A DNA stretch of 63,748 nt, filler included, from Pirum gemmata (Eukaryota): assembly GCA_002812295.1 (NCBI GenBank). It is 19 parts of 19 records of this genome, joined end to end, with 100 filler letters (N's around TTAATTAATTAA, not from the genome) between each part and the next. Parts side by side here need not be neighbours in the genome. Positions count along the whole stretch, not along the records: positions 54,236 to 57,456 come from PDIN01003039.1; positions 57,557 to 60,823 come from PDIN01003040.1; positions 60,924 to 63,748 come from PDIN01003042.1; 16 more parts are not named here. One strand, written 5' to 3'. Every line of letters starts with the position of its first letter. Position 1 is the stretch's first letter. The notes below the pieces were generated by a model. It was not told the origin of the DNA. It made no database searches and was given only the letters and a program-made list of their open reading frames with translations. A program made the position numbers and the translations under genes. Positions 56,727-63,748 of the stretch are shown here, one piece after another.

Positions 56727-57357
56727 ATTATTATTATTATTATTATTAATTTTGTTTTATTTATTTTATTTTATTTTATTTTGGTTTTTTTTTGCTTTGC
56801 TTGCTTTTTTTGTTTTGTTTTTTTTTGTTTTTATATCAGATACATAATATTATGCAAGGAGTTCAAGAAAATAAAAAACTCCTTGTATTATATCATATTA
56901 TTTTAGTTATCATAATATTATATAAATAAATTTTTTGTTTATTTTTTGTTGGGAACCTAGCTAGATACCGATATAGTAGAAGTTTGCCATAGTGTTCGGC
57001 TATTAGTCTATCTGCAGATTTGAAATATTCTTGCTATTTTTTTGTGTATGTTGGACTACTGTTGGACTCTCTTTTTGAATCTCTAGTCTATTTTGACTCT
57101 ATTTTTTTTGTAAAAAAAGCTGTAATTTGCCTATAAACCAGCTACTACTATAAACCAGCTGCTATAAACACTCTGCTATCTCTCCAATAACAAAATCCAA
57201 ATGGACAGATCTACATAGTAATTAATACCCATATATTATAAATCTATAATAACATTAAAAATTTTAGTAACGAAATCCAAGTGAACACTGGGCAGATCTA
57301 CATAATAATACCAATGCATCAATCACCACGATATAGAGTTATAGAAGATAGTTTACT

Positions 57358-57456
57358 GGAGGAGGAGGGGTGAGCACCCCCTTTGCGAACATTTAAAGGC
57401 GAGGGGTGAAGTGGAAGGCTATTCGCCACTTCGCAGTTACCATAAATAGTATTTAT
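57358..57456 (-). repeat. Second copy of the GC-rich structured repeat
   Basis: Reverse complement of 31747-31848, lacking that copy's 7-bp gtgctca duplication. Confidence 0.85.
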
Positions 57457-58102
57457 NNNNNNNNNNNNNNNNNNNNNNNNNNNNNNNNNNNNNNNNNNNN
57501 TTAATTAATTAANNNNNNNNNNNNNNNNNNNNNNNNNNNNNNNNNNNNNNNNNNNNAAAAACCCATATGTGAGCTTGATACATTTCAAACACTATTGAAA
57601 ATTATTTGATCAGAATAATTTTCACATGTTCGAACTAATCGAAACACAAAGCCAAACTACAACTATTTGCTCACTACCAACACAAAATAAATTTTGACTC
57701 AAACAAGTCTTGAAATGACGTACTTCAACCAATAATAAATCATTATTTAAAATACCTTTTTTATTTTTTTTTATATAAGCCCCAATAATACAAATGGAAT
57801 AACACTTATATTATCATATTAACTACCGTATTAAGTTATAGTTACAATTAGATCAATTTTACAGGTGTAACGTGTGGTTGTGGAAACAATGTTTGCTGTT
57901 TGGGCTCACTGTTGGCTTCAAAATCCCACGTGGTGGCTGTGTGGGCTCACTGTTGGTTTCAAAATCCCACAATGTAAACGAAATAATACGTATATTTATA
58001 TTATTAGATTATAGTATGTTTACAAATGGAGACAAGCTCTATCAATACACAAAGTGGTTATGAAACAAACCTCAATAGAGCTCTCAATAGTCAGTCATTG
58101 AG

Positions 58103-58165
<63 letters not shown>

Positions 58166-58352
58166 AGATGAAAAAAAAAAAAACAGTAAAAAAACTATCT
58201 TTGGAGTAATTTTTGGAATAGTTTTTGCTGTATAAAAGCAGTATAAAAGCCCAATAAAAACAACAACGAAAACCAAAAACGAACAAACAAACAAACAAAA
58301 ACTCATAATAATTATAATATAAATCAAAACCAAAATCAAAACCAAATAATAC

Positions 58353-58388
<36 letters not shown>

Positions 58389-58428
58389 TAATAATTTCAT
58401 TTTTAAAAGTATCATTGTATTAATAAAT

Positions 58429-59181
58429 ATGGCTTTCTACACTCTTTTCATTTGTGTTTCTTTAGCAATTTCTGCCAATGCGCAAACAAAATATACATAT
58501 AAACAAGGGAAATGCGAACTTAAAAATGGCAATGACGCGGAACCATTTGTAGATTATTACATTATTCCTAATCTTAGCTACAGTAAATGTAAAAAAGAAT
58601 GCATGGCTGATGAAGAATGTTTGGCCTTTGAGTACAATCCCAATGCAGATAGAAAGAGTGCTTGTGGAAACTGGTTCTCACGTGTGACAGCTAATTATGA
58701 CGAAGATAAAGATGACGAAGACGAAGGTGACATTGCTTGCGCTATTAAAATGAAAATACCAGTAAAAGAAGAAGAAGTAGTTACAACAGTTTCTAGTACT
58801 TCTACTACATCCTTAATCCCTACCCCATCTTCCACTGCTACCCTACCTCCAGTTAGACCTATCAGACCACCTGTTTCTAATTCCCCATGCTATAACAATC
58901 ATCTAAGTCAATGCGGGGGTTCTGTAGAATACCTGGGTCAAACTTGTTGTCCTGCAGGACACCATTGTAAATTTCAAAATGAATATTGGTCTGATTGTCA
59001 AAAAGGTTCGGCACCAACATCACCAACAGCTCGTCCTAGGCCTACAAATTCTGCCGATTCTGAGTTATGCGGAAACTTGAATGATCGATGTGATGGCATA
59101 AGTGGAGGCCCTAGTTGTTGTGAAGGATCTTTGGTTTGTGTTAGGTTTAGCCAGTACTACTCTCAATGCAAAGATCGTTAA
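58429..59181 (+). CDS. Secreted non-catalytic protein: PAN/Apple-like domain, Ser/Thr/Pro linker and two CBM1 (fungal-type cellulose-binding) modules
   Basis: Signal peptide; CKKECMADEECLAFEY..C (PAN); SQCGG..YLGQTCCPAGHHCKFQNEYWSDC and DRCDG..GPSCCEGSLVCVRFSQYYSQC (CBM1). Confidence 0.88.
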   Translation: MAFYTLFICVSLAISANAQTKYTYKQGKCELKNGNDAEPFVDYYIIPNLSYSKCKKECMADEECLAFEYNPNADRKSACGNWFSRVTANYDEDKDDEDEGDIACAIKMKIPVKEEEVVTTVSSTSTTSLIPTPSSTATLPPVRPIRPPVSNSPCYNNHLSQCGGSVEYLGQTCCPAGHHCKFQNEYWSDCQKGSAPTSPTARPRPTNSADSELCGNLNDRCDGISGGPSCCEGSLVCVRFSQYYSQCKDR

Positions 59182-59334
59182 TGTTCTGCTTTTTCTTTGT
59201 TCAAATTGATCAATTAAAGTTAAATTTGTAATTTTCATTTAATTATCAATTTTATTAATGTTTCTTTTCTTTCTTTTTTCGAGAATGATAAGTAATAATA
59301 ATAAGTAATACGATAATAAGTAAAAAATCTCTAA

Positions 59335-60519
59335 AAAATAATGTATTATTTTTAAATAATAATAATAATTATAATAAAAATAAAAAATATTTAAAAATAT
59401 TAATGTATTTATGTATTTATGTATTTATGTATTAATATTTATGTATTTATATTATATATAATATGTGTTAAAAAATTAAACTAATAAAATAACACGTCAT
59501 ATATATATTTTCGTGCATATTCTTGAAAGTGTTTGAAAATGGATCCTTATTTGAAATGCAATTATCATACAATTTTTTCCTTCTTCTTCTTTTCTCCTCC
59601 AGGAAATTATATAATATTATAAAAATAGTTTTATTATTCTTAACCATATAACATTAACATTTTATTGTTTTTGTAATTATTATTGTTGTTGTTGGAGTGT
59701 TGTTGGAGTGTTAGAATAATTATTATTCTTCTATTTTTATTATAATTATATTGTACAGATCATAGAATTTGAATTTTTTTTTAATTTTTTTTTTATGATA
59801 TCGTATTATATCATTATCTTATCATGATATATTATCTGCTTTTCATTTATTTTCTCACTCTGAATATTTATTTGGAGGGTTATAATATTTAATAAATAGA
59901 CATTTTTAAATAAATAAATTGATAATAAAAGACACCAAATTGAATTGAATGGTAATATCATAATAATACTGATTATAATGGTGAATAATTTCAGAAATTG
60001 AAGTGTAATAAGAATAAGAATAATAATAATAATAATAATTTCGTTATGCAATAAAGGTAAGTATTAAAGGATGATAATAATACTGATTATAATGGTGAAT
60101 AATTTCAGAAATTGAAGTGTAATAAGAATAATAATAATAATAATAATAATAATTTCGTTATGCAATAAAGGTAAGTATTAAAGGATGATAAGTAAAAATA
60201 ATAAATAATATTATAATAAAAAAATATACCGTGCCCCATGAAGAAGAAAAAGAAAGAGAAAAAAAAAATTGAATGATAATTGCATTTCAAACAAGGACGT
60301 ATTTTCAAACACTTTCAACAATATGCACGAAAAAAAAATACGTCATGTTATTTTATTAGTTTAATTAACACCATATTGTATATGATATAAATACATAAAT
60401 ATATAAATAACTTAATTAACTCATAAATACATAAATACATAATAAATACATAAATACATAAATACATAAATACATATTTTAATAATACATAAATACATAA
60501 ATACATAAATATTTTTCTA

Positions 60520-60572
<53 letters not shown>

Positions 60573-60590
60573 TAAAAAAATAATCCATTA
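59335..60590. mobile_element. Foldback-like element with ~300-bp imperfect inverted repeats
   Basis: 59335-59630 (..atgtattt repeats..cgtgcatattcttgaaagtgtttgaaaat..tttgaaatgcaattatca) is the reverse complement of ~60200-60590. It also holds an internal ~85-bp tandem duplication (59960-60190). Confidence 0.75.
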
Positions 60591-60706
60591 ATTAAACTAA
60601 TAAAATTTTATTATCGTATACCGCTCTGACGAATAATAAATAAATTTTACCCTACCGGTTGTTTATAAGTTTTTCACCCTACCGGTTGTTTATAAGTTTT
60701 TTTTTA

Positions 60707-60739
<33 letters not shown>

Positions 60740-60772
60740 TTCATTTTTAAAAGTATCATTGTAATAATAAAT

Positions 60773-60823
60773 ATGGCTTTCTATACTCTTTTCATTTGTG
60801 CTTCTTTAGTAATTTCTGCCAAT
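60773..60823 (+). CDS. 5' end of a tandem paralog of the PAN-CBM1 gene (cut by the contig end)
   Basis: MAFYTLFICASLVISAN versus MAFYTLFICVSLAISAN, with a nearly identical upstream leader. Confidence 0.85.
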
Positions 60824-60979
60824 NNNNNNNNNNNNNNNNNNNNNNNNNNNNNNNNNNNNNNNNNNNNTTAATTAATTAANNNNNNNNNNNNNNNNNNNNN
60901 NNNNNNNNNNNNNNNNNNNNNNNTAATAATAATAATAATAATAATAATAATCTAATAATAATAATAATAAGACTCTAAC

Positions 60980-61137
60980 CATCTGGGGTTCCTGCCATAG
61001 TGAAATTAAATAAATTGGCAGTGAGTGACCGGAATTCTTTTGCTTGTTTCTCGTTATTTTGATCTACCGTTTCGGCTAAATTATTTTGTAAATACTGTAG
61101 AGCTTCTGTTTTATCAACAACACATATTTCCATAAAC
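60980..61137 (-). CDS. MKLN1: Internal exon of muskelin (CTLH/GID complex subunit), C-terminal region
   Basis: FMEICVVDKTEALQYLQNNLAETVDQNNEKQAKEFRSLTANLF follows the muskelin C-terminal pattern (D...AL.YLQNDL..TVDH....E..EF..L.S.LF); bounded by AG and GT. Confidence 0.8.
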
Positions 61138-61157
61138 CTACAACACAAACAACATAA

Positions 61158-61238
61158 ATGATAATGATAATGATAATGATAAAGATAAAGATAAAGATAA
61201 AGATAAAGATAAAGACAATGATAATTATGATGATAATG

Positions 61239-61273
<35 letters not shown>

Positions 61274-61274
61274 G

Positions 61275-61309
<35 letters not shown>

Positions 61310-61416
61310 GATAATGATAATGCTAATGATAATGATAATGATAATGATAATGATAATGATAATGATAATGATAATTATAATGATAATGTTATTACAATAT
61401 TAATGCTGTTGCTGCT

Positions 61417-61447
<31 letters not shown>

Positions 61448-61686
61448 ATAATGATAGTGATAATGATACTTATAATGATAATGATAATGATAATGATAAT
61501 GATAATGCTAATGATAATGATAATGATAATGATAATTCTAATTCTAATGATAATGATAATGATAATGATAATGATAATGATAATGATAATGATAATGATA
61601 ATGATAATGATAATGATAATGATAATGATAATGATANATAATGATAATGATAATGATAATGATAATGATAATGCTAATGATAATGC

Positions 61687-61742
<56 letters not shown>

Positions 61743-61860
61743 GTGATGATGATAATGATAATTATAGTGATGATGATAATGATAATTATAGTGATGATTA
61801 TAATGATAATGATAATGATAATGATAATGATAATGATAATGATAATGATATCATAATGAT
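61158..61860 (+). repeat. (GATAAT)n microsatellite in a muskelin intron
   Basis: Directly visible. Confidence 0.95.
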
Positions 61861-62281
61861 AAAAATGATAGCGTGTAACAAGTAACAACCATATAAATAA
61901 TATTGCAGAACAGTCTACTAATAGTCTAGTCTAGTCTATGTCTTAATTTTTTTTTAAAAAAATTTAGTCAAATATATAAAAGTACCTAATTAAAATTATT
62001 TGACACTTTTTAATTAATTTGGTATGTTTTTATTTATTTTTAATTTTATTAACAAGTTCATTTTTACACTTAAACACTACCAAAATGAAAGATCGAGAGC
62101 ATCAAAAAAAAAAAAGATCTCTTATTGCTCAATATTTTCACTCAATCAAAATTAGCCATATTTAGGTTTATAGTTACTATTTTTGGAAAAATATTAAAAT
62201 ATTTTTATTCAATCAAAAATTAACTATATTAAGATTTATAGCTACTAAATTAGGAATAAATTAAGTAGTAGTAGTTTCCCA

Positions 62282-63744
62282 TCATTTTACTTAATGATAT
62301 CTATTATATCGAAAAAAGAGAAATATGCTCTCCTTCACACACACACATAAGTTTTACTTAAAAAAGTTTTGCACTCTGCTTTAATACATACCTTTCTGAA
62401 AACTAACTATTACATAATCCACAATGTTCTGGAACATTCTAAATAATCATTTACAAATACAAATTATTATTACAGAATCAATTTGTATTATATAATACCA
62501 AACAATAAAATCATACACTTAAACTTAAAATCCAATCGACATCATACATAGCAATAATTGTGAATACCGAATTCGTGAGTGAATTAATAGGTGAGGAAAA
62601 TTGTGGAAAGCTAGGTTTATAAAGAATATAGTAGTAAATGGCAATAAAAGACAATTAGGTGGTCATTGTTAATTGAGCTTCTGGAGACTAAAGGAGTGGT
62701 AATAGTCCTGATACACTTGTGTTTAGTGCTATATTGATGTGAGATCAATAGTGGACGACATTGTTAAGATATGAGCGGAAAATAGTGTGATGTCATCATG
62801 GGTTGAATATATGAATCAATTATTGTGCAATAATTGGTATGAGATTCAAAATTGATATTAGTAGTTATATGTCGTGCATTATTGTTACTGAGTTGGATTT
62901 ATGAGTGCTTTGATATAGTGGTAAAAGGTATGTGTTAAAGTAAATAGGTCAATTAGGAAATTGCTGCGGAAAAAATGACTGTGAACTGAGAGAAAGGTTA
63001 CAAGTGAGCATAATAATTGAGCGTGTGAATAGCATAATACTGTGAAATAAGTTAAGGTTGGTAAGGTAAAATGAATAGTTTAGTGAATGGGGGTGTATTG
63101 TGGTGAAATCTCAATGGGCTGACCGCGTGGCAATATGATTGGCCGATTGGATATACATTTATTCTCGAAACTATTATTTTATGTCTAGCTTATTTCTATA
63201 ATCTAACCTTGACTTTTCACTCTTTTGCCATTACCAGAACTAAATAATATCTCAACAATATTCATATCTTAAGCAATTTGAATGTTGCTACAAGAAAAAT
63301 TTTCACAATCTATTGAATTTTGGCCACTATTGCACCTCTCCAGTTACTTTGTTCTCTTTAGATAAGCTTTTACCACTAGTTCTTCACAACCCTGTAGCTT
63401 TCCTTCTAATCATGAACCATAACTTTACACGCTTAAACCACATTCATTACCGTCATTATATTCATTATATTACCATAATGATCTCTTAGCACTATATAGA
63501 ACTAAATTCCATCTCAAATCACATAACTAAGCATTATAACTTCTCATATATACCAGCTACGTCCTATGGAGCCCTCCAGTCTACCTCATGCTGTTTTGTA
63601 TAGCACAACCAACAACGAATTCTTTCGTAATCCTCTTGATATTCTCGCATTTGTTTTCATTCACATCCTACTTATTTGTACATAATCGCTTTCTCTTTGC
63701 CCTGCTCCTCCACCAAATTGTCTCGTCATTTTACTTAATGATAT
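62282..63744. mobile_element. Possible decayed retro-insertion flanked by a 19-bp direct repeat
   Basis: tcattttacttaatgatat at 62282-62300 and 63726-63744. The interior is higher in complexity than neighbouring intron DNA and its strand skew flips; there is no intact ORF. Confidence 0.4.
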
Positions 63745-63748
63745 TATA

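Overview
This window is not one continuous locus. It is about 19 short (~3.3 kb) contigs of a very AT-rich, intron-containing eukaryotic genome, joined by artificial 100-nt linkers (N-run, TTAATTAATTAA, N-run), so adjacency across linkers carries no biological meaning. TTAGGG repeats, muskelin, Vps33, a LeuA-type synthase and CBM1 domains suggest a non-animal microbial eukaryote, possibly a unicellular opisthokont; that placement is inference only. Genes reconstructed by hand from splice sites: Vps33 (5' part), the C-terminal half of an ABCA transporter, an LRR/Cys-rich receptor-like membrane protein, a VWA-Vwaint-Hint (Vint) autoprocessing protein, a SOS1/SLC9C-like Na+/H+ exchanger with a cNMP-binding domain, argininosuccinate lyase (8 exons), a LeuA-family first exon, a TauD-family first exon, a GPCR-like gene, a secreted catalase-fold protein, a secreted PAN + 2x CBM1 protein with a tandem paralog, and a muskelin exon. 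The most unusual item is a complete 4-exon secreted-protein gene (54432-56726) whose middle domain resembles the C-terminal tip of bacterial polymorphic toxins. Non-coding DNA holds several MITE families, decayed Harbinger-type and possible tyrosine-recombinase genes, a foldback element, intronic telomere-like arrays and (CTAG)n expansions. All family assignments come from remembered motifs, not database searches.
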